This document shows positions 1-12,705 of a DNA stretch of 64,000 nucleotides, in pieces. The stretch comes from Antedon mediterranea. Lineage: Eukaryota; Animalia; Echinodermata. The notes below the pieces were generated by a model. The model worked only from the letters and a program-made list of their open reading frames with translations, did not search any database and was not told where the DNA came from. The DNA is taken from contig NW_027306097.1 in assembly GCF_964355755.1 (NCBI RefSeq), positions 1-64,000 of the forward strand, read 5' to 3'. Position 1 is the stretch's first letter; each line of letters begins with the position of its first letter. Both the position numbers and the translations under genes were made by a program.

Positions 1-27
1 ATAAGTTTTTTTCGAAAATCACAAAAT

Positions 28-115
28 GGTCTAAAACGTCTCCAAATGTGATTTGAAGCTATTCTAAGCACTTTGGTGTTTTTATGTTAACAAGTTTTTT
101 CAAAAATCACAAAAT
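28..115 (+). repeat. Example A-type monomer (88 bp); consensus GGTCTAAAACGTCTCCAAATGCGATTTGAAGCTATTCTAAGCACTTTGGTGTTTTTATGTTAACAAGTTTTTTCGAAAATCACAAAAT
   Basis: Spacing 28 to 116 is 88 bp. This is the most abundant class and forms homogeneous runs. Confidence 0.95.
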
Positions 116-367
116 GGTCTAAAACGTCTCCAAATGCGATTTGAAGCTATTCTAAGCACTTTGGTGTTTTGTGTGAAAAAGTTTTGTCTAAATGCTCAAA
201 ATGGTCTAAAACGTTTTTAAATACGATATTAAGCTATTTTGTGCTCTTTGATGTTTTTGTGTGAAAAGTGTTATCGAAATGCTCAAAATGGTCTAAAACG
301 GTTTATAATGTGATTTTAAGCACTTTGATGTTTTTGTGTAATCAAGTTTCATCGAAATGCACAAATT
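116..367 (+). repeat. Example B-C-D higher-order trimer (87+87+78 = 252 bp)
   Basis: B (116-202) has an A-like head and a GTGTGAAAAAGTTTTGTCTAAATGCTC tail. C (203-289) carries TTTTTAAATACGATATTAAGCTATTTTGTGCTC. D (290-367) carries GGTTTATAATGTGATTTTAAGCAC and is 10 bp shorter than A. The order recurs throughout the window. Confidence 0.93.
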
Positions 368-2495
368 GGTCTAAAACGTCTCCAAATGCGATTTGAAGCT
401 ATTCTAAGCACTTTGGTGTTTTGTGTGAAAAAGTTTTGTCGAAATGCTCAAAATGGTCCTAAAACGTTTTTAAATACGATATTAAGCTATTTTGTGCTCT
501 TTGATGTTTTGTGTGAAAAGAGTTATCGAAATGCTCAAAATGGTCTAAAACGGTTTATAATGTGATTTTAAGCACTTTGATGTTTTTGTGTAACCAAGTT
601 TTTTCGAAAATCTCAAAATGGTCTAAAACGTCTCCAAATACGATTTGAAGCTATTCTAAGCACTTTGGTGTTTTTATGTTAACAAGTTTTTTCGAAAATC
701 ACAAAATGGTCTAAAACGTCTCCAAATGCGATTTGAAGCTATTCTAAGCACTTTGGTGTTTTTATGTTAACAAGTTTTTTCGAAAATCACAAAATGGTCT
801 AAAACGTCTCCAAATGCGATTTGAAGCTATTCTAAGCACTTTGGTGTTTTTATGTTAACAAGTTTTTTCAAAATCACAAAATGGTCTAAACCGTCTCCAA
901 ATGCGATTTGAAGCTTTTCTAAGCACTTTGGTGTTTTGTGTGAAAAATTTTATCTAAATGCTCAAAATGGTCTAAAACATTTTTAAATACGATATTAAGC
1001 TATTTTGTGCTCTTTGATGTTTTTGTGTGAAAATTGTTATCGAAATGCTCAAAATGGTCTAAAACGGTTTATATTGTGATTCTAAGCACTTTGGTGTTTT
1101 TATGTTAACAATCTTTTTCGAAAATCACAAAATGGTCTAAAACGTTTCCAAATGCGATTTGAAGCTATTCTAAGCACTTTCGTGTTTTTATGTTAACAAG
1201 TTTTTTCGAAAATCACAAAATGGTCTAAAACGTCTCCAAATGTGATTTGAAGCTATTCTAAGCACTTTGGTGTTTTTATGTTAACAAGTTTTTCAAAAAT
1301 CACAAATGGTCTAAAACGTCTCCAAATGCGATTTGAAGCTATTCTAAACCCTTTGGTGTTTTTATGTTGATAAGTTTTTCGAAAGTCACAAAATGGTCTA
1401 AAACGTCTCCAAATGCGATTTGAAGCTATTCTAAGCACTTTGGTGTTTTGTGTGAAAAAGTTTTGTCTAAATGCTCAAAAAATGGTCTAAAACGTTTTTA
1501 AATACGATATTAAGCTATTTTGTGCTCTTTGATGTTTTTGTGTGAAAAGTGTTTTCGAAATGCTCAAAATGGTCTAAAACGGTTTATAATGTGATTTTAA
1601 GCACGTTGATGTTTTTGTGTAATCAAGTTTCATCGAAATGCACAAATTGGTCTAAAACGTCTCCAAATGCGATTTGAAGCTATTCTAAGCACTTTGGTGT
1701 GAAAAAGTTTTGTCGAAATGCTGAAAATGGTCTAAAACGTTTTTAATACGATATTAAGCTATTTTGTGCTCTTTGATGTTTTTGTGTGAAAAGTGTTATC
1801 GAAATGTTCAAAATGGTCTAAAACGGTTTATAATGTGATTTTAAGCACTTTGATGTTTTGTGTAACCAAGTTTTTTCGAAAATCTCAAAAGGGTCTAAAA
1901 CGTCTCCAAATACGATTTGAAGCTATTCTAAGCACTTTGGTGTTTTTTATGTTAACAAGTTCTTTCGAAAATCACAAAATGGTCTAAAACGTCTCCAAAT
2001 GCGATTTGAAGCTATTCTAAGCACTTTGGTGTTTTTATGTTAACAAGTTTTTTCAAAATCACAAAATGGTCTAAACCGTCTCCAAATGCGATTTGAAGCT
2101 ATTCTAAGCACTTTGGTGTTTTGTGTGAAAAAGTTTTATCTAAATGCTCAAAATGGTCTAAAACATTTTTAAATACGATATTAAGCTATTTTGTGCTCTT
2201 TGATGTTTTTGTGTGAAAATTGTTATCGAAATGCTCAAAATGGTCTAAAACGGTTTATAATGTGTTTCTAAGCACTTTGGTGTTTTTATGTTAACAATTT
2301 TTTTCGAAAATCACAAAATGGTCTAAAACGTTTCCAAATGCGATTTGAAGCTATTCTAAGCACTTTCGTGTTTTTATGTTAACAAGTTTTTCGAAAATCA
2401 CAAAATGGTCTAAAACGTCTCCAAATGTGATTTGAAGCTATTCTAAGCACTTTGGTCTTTTTATGTTAAAAAAGTTTTTTCGAAAATCACAAAAT

Positions 2496-2660
2496 GGTCT
2501 AAAACGTCTCCAAATGCGATTTGAAGCTATTCTAAGCCCTTTGGTATTTTGTGTGAAAAAGTTTTGTCGAAATGCTCAAAATGGTCTAAAACGATTTATA
2601 ATGTGATTTTAAGCACTTTGATGTTTTTGTGTAACCAAGTTTCATCGAAATGCACAAAAT
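2496..2660 (+). repeat. Example B-D dimer lacking C (87+78 = 165 bp), marked by GGTATTTTG and ACGATTTATAAT
   Basis: Monomer starts at 2496, 2583 and 2661. The same marked dimer recurs, for example near 3770, 7790, 9235, 12795, 18290, 25030 and 30140. Confidence 0.88.
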
Positions 2661-5600
2661 GGTCTAAAACGTCTCCAAATGCGATTTGAAGCTATTCTAA
2701 GCACTTTGGTGTTTTGTGTGAAAAAGTTTTGTCTAAATGCTCAAAATGGTCTAAAACGTTTTTAAATACGATATTAAGCTATTTTGTGCTCTTTGATGTT
2801 TTTGTGTGAAAAGTGTTATCGAAATGCTCAAAATGGTCTAAAACGGTTTATAATGTGATTTTAAGCACGTTGATGTTTTTGTGTAATCAAGTTTCATCGA
2901 AATGCACAAATTGGTCTAAAACGTCTCCAAATGCGATTTGAAGCTATTCTAAGCACTTTGGTGTTTTGTGTGAAAAGTTTTGTCGAAATGCTCAAAATGG
3001 TCTAAAACGTTTTTAAATACGTTATTAAGCTATTTTGTGCTCTTTGATGTTTTTGTGTGAAAAGTGTTATCGAAATTCTCAAAATGGTCTAAAACGGTTT
3101 ATAATGTGGATTTTAAGCACTTTGATGTTTTTGTGTAACCAAGTTTTTTCGAAAATCTCAAAATGGTCTAAAACGTCCTCCAAATACGATTTGAAGCTAT
3201 TCTAAGCACTTTGGTGTTTTTATGTTAACAAGTTTTTTCGAAAATCACAAAATAGTCTAAAACGTCTCCAAATGTGATTTGAAGCTATTCTAACACTTTG
3301 GTGTTTTTATGTTAACAAGTTTTTTCAAAAATCACAAAATGGTCTAAAACGTCTCCAATGCGATTTGAAGCTATTCTAAGCACTTTGGTGTTTTGTGTGA
3401 AAAAGTTTTATCTAAATGCTCAAAATGGTCTAAAACATTTTTAAATACGATATTAAGCTATTTTGTGCTCTTTGATGTTTTTGTGTGAAAATTGTTATCG
3501 AAATGCTCAAAATGGTCTAAAACGGTTTATAATGTGATTCTAAGCACTTTGGTGTTTTTATGTTAACAATTTTTTTCGAAAATCACAAAATGGTCTAAAA
3601 CGTTTCCAAATGCGATTTGAAGCTATTCTAAGCACTTTCGTGTTTTTATGTTAACAAGTTTTTTCGAAAATCACAAAATGGTCTAAAACGTCTCCAAATG
3701 TGATTTTGAAGCTATTCTAAGCACTTTGGTGTTTTTTATGTTAAAAAGTTTTTTCGAAAATCACAAAATGGTCTAAAACGTCTCCAAATGCGATTTGAAG
3801 CTATTCTAAGCCCTTTGGTATTTTGTGTGAAAAAGTTTTGTCGAAATGCTCAAAATGGTCTAAAACGATTTATAATGTGATTTTAAGCACTTTGATGTTT
3901 TTGTGTAACCAAGCTTCATCGAAATGCACAAAATGGTCTAAAACGTCTCCAAATGCGATTTGAAGCTATTCTAAGCACTTTGGTGTTTTGTGTGAAAAAG
4001 TTTTGTCTAAATGCTCAAAATGGTCTAAAACGTTTTAAATACGATATTAAAGCTATTTTGTGCTCTTTGATGTTTTTGTGTGAAAAGTGTTATCGAAATG
4101 CTCAAAATGGTCTAAAACGGTTTATAATGTGATTTTAAGCACGTTGATGTTTTTGTGTAATCAAGTTTCATCGAAATGCACAAATTGGTCTAAAACTTCT
4201 CCAAATGCGATTTGAAGCTATTCCTAAGCACTTTGGTGTTTTGTGTGAAAAAGTTTTGTCGAAATGCTCAAAATGTCTAAAACGTTTTTAATACGATATT
4301 AAGCTATTTTGTGCTCTTTGATGTTTTTGTGTGAAAAGTGTTATCGAAATGTTCAAAATGGTCTAAAACGGTTTATAATGTGATTTTAAGCACTTTGATG
4401 TTTTTGTGTAACCAAGTTTTTTCGGAAATCTCAAAATGGTCTAAAACGTCTCCAAATACGATTTGAAGCTATTCTAAGCACTTTCATGTTTTTATGTTAA
4501 CAAGTTTTTCGAAAATCACAAAATGTCTAAAACGTTTCCAAATGCGATTTGAAGCTATTCTAAGCACTTTCGTGTTTTATGTTAACAAGTTTTTTCGAAA
4601 ATCACAAATGGTCTAAAACGTCTCCAAATGCGATTTGAAGCTATTCTAAACCCTTTGGTGTTTTTATGTTGATAAGTTTTTCGAAAATCACAAATTGGTC
4701 TAAAACGTCTCCAAATGCGATTTGAAGCTATTCTAAACACTTTGGTGTTTTTATGTTAACAATTTTTTTCGAAAATCACAAAATGGTCTAAAACGTTTCC
4801 AAATGCGATTTGAAGGCTATTCTAAGCACTTTCGTGTTTTTATGTTAACAAGTTTTTTCGAAAATCACTAAATGGTCTAAAACGTTTCCAATGCGATTTG
4901 AAGCTATTCTAAGCACTTTCGTGTTTTTATGTTAACAAGTTTTTTCGAAAATCACAAAATGGTCTAAAACGTCTCCAAATGTGATTTGAAGCTATTCTAA
5001 GCACTTTGGTGTTTTTATGTTAACAAGTTTTTTCAAAAATCACAAAATGGTCTAAAACGTCTCCAAATGCGATTTGAAGCTATTCTAAGCACTTTGGTGT
5101 TTTGTGTGAAAAAGTTTTATCTAAATGCTCAAAATGGTCTAAAACATTTTTAAATACGATATTAAGCTATTTTGTGCTCTTTGATGTTTTGTGTGAAAAT
5201 TGTTATCGAAATGCTCAAAATGGTCTAAAACGTTTATAATGTGATTCTAAGCACTTATGGTCTAAAACGTCTCCAAATGTGATTTGAAGCTATTCTAAGC
5301 ACTTTGGTGTTTTTATGTTAAAAAGTTTTTTCGAAAATCACAAAATGGTCTAAAACGTCTCCAAATGCGATTTGAAGCTATTCTAAGCACTTTGGTATTT
5401 TGTGTGAAAAAGTTTGTCGAAATGCTCAAAATGGTCTAAAACGATTTATAATGTGATTTTAAGCACTTTGATGTTTTTGTGTAACCAAGTTTTCATCGAA
5501 ATGCACAAAATGGTTCTAAAACGTCTCCAAATGCGATTTGAAGCTATTCTAAGCACTTTGGTGTTTTGTGTGAAAAAGTTTTGTCTAAAGGCTCAAAATG

Positions 5601-8600
5601 GTCTAAAACGTTTTTAAATACGATATTAAGCTATTTTGTGCTCTTTGATGTTTTTGTGTGAAAAGTGTTACCGAAATGCTCAAAATGGTCTAAAACGGTT
5701 TATAATGTGATTTTAAGCACTTTGATGTTTTTGTGTAACCAAGTTTTTTCGAAAATCTCAAAATGGTCTAAAACGTCTCCAAATACGATTTGAAGCTATT
5801 CTAAGCACTTTGGTGTTTTTATGTTAACAAGTTTTTTCGAAAATCACAAAATGGTCTAAAACGTCTCCAAATGCGATTTGAAGCTATTCTAAGCACTTTG
5901 GTGTTTTTATGTTAACAAGTTTTTTCAAAATCACAAAATGGTCTAAAACGTCTCCAAATGCGATTTGAAGCTATTCTAAACCCTTTGGTGTTTTTATGTT
6001 GATAAGTTTTTTCGAAAATCACAAATTTGTCTAAAACGTCTCCAAATGCGATTTGAAGCTATTCTAAACACTTTGGTGTTTTTATGTTAACAATTTTTTT
6101 TCGAAAATCACAAAATGGTCTAAAACGTTTCCAAATGCGATTTGAAGCTATTCTAAGCACTTTCGTGTTTTTATGTTAACAAGTTTTTTCGAAAATCACA
6201 AAATGGTCTAAAACGTTTCCAAAAGCGATTTGAAGCTATTCTAAGCACTTTCGTGTTTTTATGTTAACAAGTTTTTTCGAAAATCACAAAATGGTCTAAA
6301 ACGTCTCCAAATGTGATTTGAAGCTATTCTAAGCACTTTGGTGTTTTTATGTTAACAAGTTTTTTCAAAAATCACAAAATGGTCTAAAACGTCTCCAAAT
6401 GCGATTTGAAGCTATTCTAAGCACTTTGGTGTTTTGTGTGAAAAAGTTTTATCTAAATGCTCAAAATGGTCTAAAACATTTTTAAATACGATATTAAGCT
6501 ATTTTGTGCTCTTTGATGTTTTTGTGTGAAAATTGTTATCGAAATGCTCAAAATGGTCTAAAACGGTTTATAATGTGATTCTAAGCACTTTGGTGTTTTT
6601 ATGTTAACAATTTTTTCGAAAATCACAAAATGGTCTAAAACGTTTCCAAATGCGATTTGAAGCTATTCTAAGCACTTCGTGTTTTTATGTTAACAAGTTT
6701 TTTCGAAAATCACAAAATGGTCTAAAATGTCTCCAAATGTGATTTGAAGCTATTCTAAGCACTTTGGTGTTTTTATGTTAAAAAGTTTTTTCGAAAATCA
6801 CAAAATGGTCTAAAACGTCTCCAAATGCGATTTGAAGCTATTCTAAGCACTTTGGTGTTTTGTGTGAAAAAGTTTTGTCTAAATGCTCAAAATGGTCTAA
6901 AACGTTTTTAAATACGATATTAAGCTATTTTGTGCTCTTTGATGTTTTTGTGTGAAAAGTGTTATCGAAATGCTCAAAATGGTCTAAAACGGTTTATAAT
7001 GTGATTTTAAGCACTTTGATGTTTTTGTGTAATCAAGTTTCATCGAAATGCACAAATTGGTCTAAAACGTCTCCAAATGCGATTTGAAGCTATTCTAAGC
7101 ACTTTGGTGTTTTGTGTGAAAAAGTTTTGTCGAAATGCTCAAAATGGTCTAAAACGTTTTTAAATACGATATTAAGCTATTTTGTGCTCTTTGATGTTTT
7201 TGTGTGAAAAGTGTTATCGAAATGCTCAAAATGGTCTAAAACGGTTTATAATGTGATTTTAAGCACTTTGATGTTTTTGTGTAACCAAGTTTTTTCGAAA
7301 ATCTCAAAATGGTCTAAAACGTCTCCAAATACGATTTGAAGCTATTCTAAGCACTTTGGTGTTTTTATGTTAACAAGTTTGTTCAAAATCACAAAATGGT
7401 CTAAAACGTCTCCAAATGTGATTTGAAGCTATTCTAAGCACTTTGGTGTTTTTATGTTAACAAGTTTTTTCAAAAATCACAAATTGGTCTAAAACGTCTC
7501 CAAATGCGATTTGAAGCTATTCTAAGCACTTTGGTGTTTTGTGTGAAAAAGTTTTATCTAAATGCTCAAAATGGTCTAAAACATTTTTAAATACGATATT
7601 AAGCTATTTTGTGCTCTTTGATGTTTTTGTGTGAAAATTGTTATCGAAATGCTCAAAATGGTCTAAAACGGTTTATAATGTGATTCTAAGCACTTTTGGT
7701 CTAAAATGTCTCCAAATGTGATTTGAAGCTATTCTAAGCACTTTGGTGTTTTTATGTTAAAAAGTTTTTTCGAAAATCACAAAATGGTCTAAAACGTCTC
7801 CAAATGCGATTTGAAGCTATTCTAAGCACTTTGGTATTTTGTGTGAAAAAGTTTTGTCGAAATGCTCAAAATGGTCTAAAACGATTTATAATGTGATTTT
7901 AAGCACTTTGATGTTTTTGTGTAACCAAGTTTCATCGAAATGCACAAAATGGTCTAAAACGTCTCCAAATGCGATTTGAAGCTATTCTAAGCACTTTGGT
8001 GTTTTGTGTGAAAAAGTTTTGTCTAAATGCTCAAAATGGTCTAAAACGTTTTTAAATACGATATTAAGCTATTTTGTGCTCTTTGATGTTTTTGTGTGAA
8101 AAGTGTTATCGAAATGCTCAAAATGGTCTAAAACGGTTTATAATGTGATTTTAAGCACTTTGATGTTTTTGTGTAATCAAGTTTCATCGAAATGCACAAA
8201 TTGGTCTAAAACGTCTCCAAATGCGATTTGAAGCTATTCTAAGCACTTTGGTGTTTTGTGTGAAAAAGTTTTGTCGAAATGCTCAAAATGGTCTAAAACG
8301 TTTTTAAATACGATATTAAGCTATTTTGTGCTCTTTGATGTTTTTGTGTGAAAAGTGTTATCGAAATTCTCAAAATGGTCTAAAACGGTTTATAATGTGA
8401 TTTTAAGCACTTTGATGTTTTTGTGTAACCAAGTTTTTTCGAAAATCTCAAAATGGTCTAAAACGTCTCCAAATACGATTTGAAGCTATTCTAAGCACTT
8501 TGGTGTTTTTATGTTAACAAGTTTTTTCGAAAATCACAAAATAGTCTAAAACGTCTCCAAATGCGATTTGAAGCTATTCTAAGCACTTTGGTGTTTTTAT

Positions 8601-11525
8601 GTTAACAAGTTTTTTCAAAATCACAAAATGGTCTAAAACGTCTCCAAATGCGATTTGAAGCTATTCTAAACCCTTTGGTGTTTTTATGTTGATAAGTTTT
8701 TTCGAAAATCACAAAATGGTCTAAAACGTCTCCAAATGTGATTTGAAGCTATTCTAAGCACTTTGGTGTTTTTATGTTAACAAGTTTTTTCAAAAATCAC
8801 AAAATGGTCTAAAACGTCTCCAAATGCGATTTGAAGCTATTCTAAGCACTTTGGTGTTTTGTGTGAAAAAGTTTTATCTAAATGCTCAAAATGGTCTAAA
8901 ACATTTTTAAATACGATATTAAGCTATTTTGTGCTCTTTGATGTTTTTGTGTGAAAATTGTTATCGAAATGCTCAAAATGGTCTAAAACGGTTTATAATG
9001 TGATTCTAAGCACTTTGGTGTTTTTATGTTAACAATTTTTTTCGAAAATCACAAAATGGTCTAAAACGTTTCCAAATGCGATTTGAAGCTATTCTAAGCA
9101 CTTTCGTGTTTTTATGTTAACAAGTTTTTTCGAAAATCACAAAATGGTCTAAAACGTCTCCAAATGTGATTTGAAGCTATTCTAAGCACTTTGGTCTTTT
9201 TATGTTAAAAAGTTTTTTCGAAAATCACAAAATGGTCTAAAACGTCTCCAAATGCGATTTGAAGCTATTCTAAGCCCTTTGGTATTTTGTGTGAAAAAGT
9301 TTTGTCGAAATGCTCAAAATGGTCTAAAACGATTTATAATGTGATTTTAAGCACTTTGATGTTTTTGTGTAACCAAGTTTCATCGAAATGCACAAAATGG
9401 TCTAAAACGTCTCCAAATGCGATTTGAAGCTATTCTAAGCACTTTGGTGTTTTGTGTGAAAAAGTTTTGTCTAAATGCTCAAAATGGTCTAAAACGTTTT
9501 TAAATACGATATTAAGCTATTTTGTGCTCTTTGATGTTTTTGTGTGAAAAGTGTTATCGAAATGCTCAAAATGGTCTAAAACGGTTTATAATGTGATTTT
9601 AAGCACGTTGATGTTTTTGTGTAATCAAGTTTCATCGAAATGCACAAATTGGTCTAAAACGTCTCCAAATGCGATTTGAAGCTATTCTAAGCACTTTGGT
9701 GTTTTGTGTGAAAAAGTTTTGTCGAAATGCTCAAAATGGTCTAAAACGTTTTTAAATACGATATTAAGCTATTTTGTGCTCTTTGATGTTTTTGTGTGAA
9801 AAGTGTTATCGAAATGTTCAAAATGGTCTAAAACGGTTTATAATGTGATTTTAAGCACTTTGATGTTTTTGTGTAACCAAGTTTTTTCGAAAATCTCAAA
9901 ATGGTCTAAAACGTCTCCAAATACGATTTGAAGCTATTCTAAGCACTTTGGTGTTTTTATGTTAACAAGTTTTTTCGAAAATCACAAAATGGTCTAAAAC
10001 GTCTCCAAATGCGATTTGAAGCTATTCTAAGCACTTTGGTGTTTTTATGTTAACAAGTTTTTTCAAAATCACAAAATGGTCTAAACCGTCTCCAAATGCG
10101 ATTTGAAGCTATTCTAAGCACTTTGGTGTTTTGTGTGAAAAATTTTATCTAAATGCTCAAAATGGTCTAAAACATTTTTAAATACGATATTAAGCTATTT
10201 TGTGCTCTTTGATGTTTTTGTGTGAAAATTGTTATCGAAATGCTCAAAATGGTCTAAAACGGTTTATATTGTGATTCTAAGCACTTTGGTGTTTTTATGT
10301 TAACAATCTTTTTCGAAAATCACAAAATGGTCTAAAACGTTTCCAAATGCGATTTGAAGCTATTCTAAGCACTTTCGTGTTTTTATGTTAACAAGTTTTT
10401 TCGAAAATCACAAAATGGTCTAAAACGTCTCCAAATGTGTCTTGAAGCTATTCTAAGCACTTTGGTGTTTTTATGTTAACAAGTTTTTTCAAAAATCACA
10501 AAATGGTCTAAAACGTCTCCAAATGCGATTTGAAGCTATTCTAAACCTTTTGGTGTTTTTATGTTGATAAGTTTTTTCGAAAATCACAAAATGGTCTAAA
10601 ACGTCTCCAAATGCGATTTGAAGCTATTCTAAGCACTTTGGTGTTTTGTGTGAAAAAGTTTTGTCTAAATGCTCAAAAAATGGTCTAAAACGTTTTTAAA
10701 TACGATATTAAGCTATTTTGTGCTCTTTGATGTTTTTGTGTGAAAAGTGTTATCGAAATGCTCAAAATGGTCTAAAACGGTTTATAATGTGATTTTAAGC
10801 ACGTTGATGTTTTTGTGTAATCAAGTTTCATCGAAATGCACAAATTGGTCTAAAACGTCTCCAAATGCGATTTGAAGCTATTCTAAGCACTTTGGTGTTT
10901 TGTGTGAAAAAGTTTTGTCGAAATGCTCAAAATGGTCTAAAACGTTTTTAAATACGATATTAAGCTATTTTGTGCTCTTTGATGTTTTTGTGTGAAAAGT
11001 GTTATCGAAATGTTCAAAATGGTCTAAAACGGTTTATAATGTGATTTTAAGCACTTTGATGTTTTTGTGTAACCAAGTTTTTTCGAAAATCTCAAAATGG
11101 TCTAAAACGTCTCCAAATACGATTTGAAGCTATTCTAAGCACTTTGGTGTTTTTATGTTAACAAGTTCTTTCGAAAATCACAAAATGGTCTAAAACGTCT
11201 CCAAATGCGATTTGAAGCTATTCTAAGCACTTTGGTGTTTTTATGTTAACAAGTTTTTTCAAAATCACAAAATGGTCTAAACCGTCTCCAAATGCGATTT
11301 GAAGCTATTCTAAGCACTTTGGTGTTTTGTGTGAAAAAGTTTTATCTAAATGCTCAAAATGGTCTAAAACATTTTTAAATACGATATTAAGCTATTTTGT
11401 GCTCTTTGATGTTTTTGTGTGAAAATTGTTATCGAAATGCTCAAAATGGTCTAAAACGGTTTATATTGTGATTCTAAGCACTTTGGTGTTTTTATGTTAA
11501 CAATCTTTTTCGAAAATCACAAAAT

Positions 11526-12493
11526 GGTCTAAAACGTTTCCAAATGCGATTTGAAGCTATTCTAACCACTTTCGTGTTTTTATGTTAACAAGTTTTTTCG
11601 AAAATCACAAAATGGTCTAAAACGTCTCCAAATGTGATTTGAAGCTATTCTAAGCACTTTGGTGTTTTTATGTTAACAAGTTTTTTCAAAAATCACAAAA
11701 TGGTCTAAAACGTCTCCAAATGCGATTTGAAGCTATTCTAAGCACTTTGGTGTTTTTATGTTAACAGGTTTTTTCGAAGAACACAAAATGTTCTAAAACA
11801 TCTCCAAATGCGATTTGAAGCTATTCTAAGCACTTTGGTGTTTTTATGTTAACAGTTTTTTTCGAAAATCACAAAATGGTCTAAAACGTCTCCAAATACG
11901 ATTTGAAGCTATTCTAAGCACTTTCATGTTTTTATGTTAACAAGTTTTTTCGAAAATCACAAAATGGTCTAAAACGTTTCCAAATGCGATTTGAAGCTAT
12001 TCTAAGCACTTTCGTGTTTTTATGTTAACAAGTTTTTTCGAAAATCACAAAATGGTCTAAAACGTCTCCAAATGCGATTTGAAGCTATTCTAAACCCTTT
12101 GGTGTTTTTATGTTGATAAGTTTTTTCGAAAATCACAAATTGGTCTAAAACGTCTCCAAATGCGATTTGAAGCTATTCTAAACACTTTGGTGTTTTTATG
12201 TTAACAATTTTTTTCGAAAATCACAAAATGGTCTAAAACGTTTCCAAATGCGATTTGAAGCTATTCTAAGCACTTTCGTGTTTTTATGTTAACAAGTTTT
12301 TTCGAAAATCACTAAATGGTCTAAAACGTTTCCAAATGCGATTTGAAGCTATTCTAAGCACTTTCGTGTTTTTATGTTAACAAGTTTTTTCGAAAATCAC
12401 AAAATGGTCTAAAACGTCTCCAAATGTGATTTGAAGCTATTCTAAGCACTTTGGTGTTTTTATGTTAACAAGTTTTTTCAAAAATCACAAAAT
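11526..12493 (+). repeat. Run of 11 consecutive 88-bp A monomers (968 bp)
   Basis: Monomer starts at 11526 and 12494 give 968 = 11 x 88, with no B, C or D units between. Copies lie near 27320-28290 and 32000-32970. Confidence 0.88.
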
Positions 12494-12667
12494 GGTCTAA
12501 AACGTCTCCAAATGCGATTTGAAGCTATTCTAAGCACTTTGGTGTTTTGTGTGAAAAAGTTTTATCTAAATGCTCAAAATGGTCTAAAACATTTTTAAAT
12601 ACGATATTAAGCTATTTTGTGCTCTTTGATGTTTTTGTGTGAAAATTGTTATCGAAATGCTCAAAAT

Positions 12668-12705
12668 GGTCTAAAACGGTTTATAATGTGATTCTAAGCA
12701 CTTAT
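12668..12705 (+). repeat. Example 38-bp truncated D monomer (GGTCTAAAACGGTTTATAATGTGATTCTAAGCACTTAT)
   Basis: The next GGTCT starts at 12706. About 16 copies were counted between 5222 and 51657. Confidence 0.92.

Noticed and set aside
301-312. TATAAT / TATA-like motif in every D monomer
   Set aside because: Expected by chance in a ~68% AT repeat. There is no downstream gene or other promoter evidence.
1253-1438. 61-aa ORF on the minus strand
   Set aside because: It is a translation of consecutive A monomers (RIASNRIWRRFRPF repeats). The frame stays open through 1-bp deletions in the error-rich region that are absent from the duplicate near 17.04-17.22 kb.
1793-1987. 64-aa ORF on the plus strand
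   Set aside because: It lies wholly in satellite, has a GTG start, and depends on homopolymer indels. No recognisable domain.
5414-5617. 67-aa ORF on the plus strand
   Set aside because: It is satellite read-through with a TTG start, produced by singleton indels not present in the copy near 21.2-21.4 kb.
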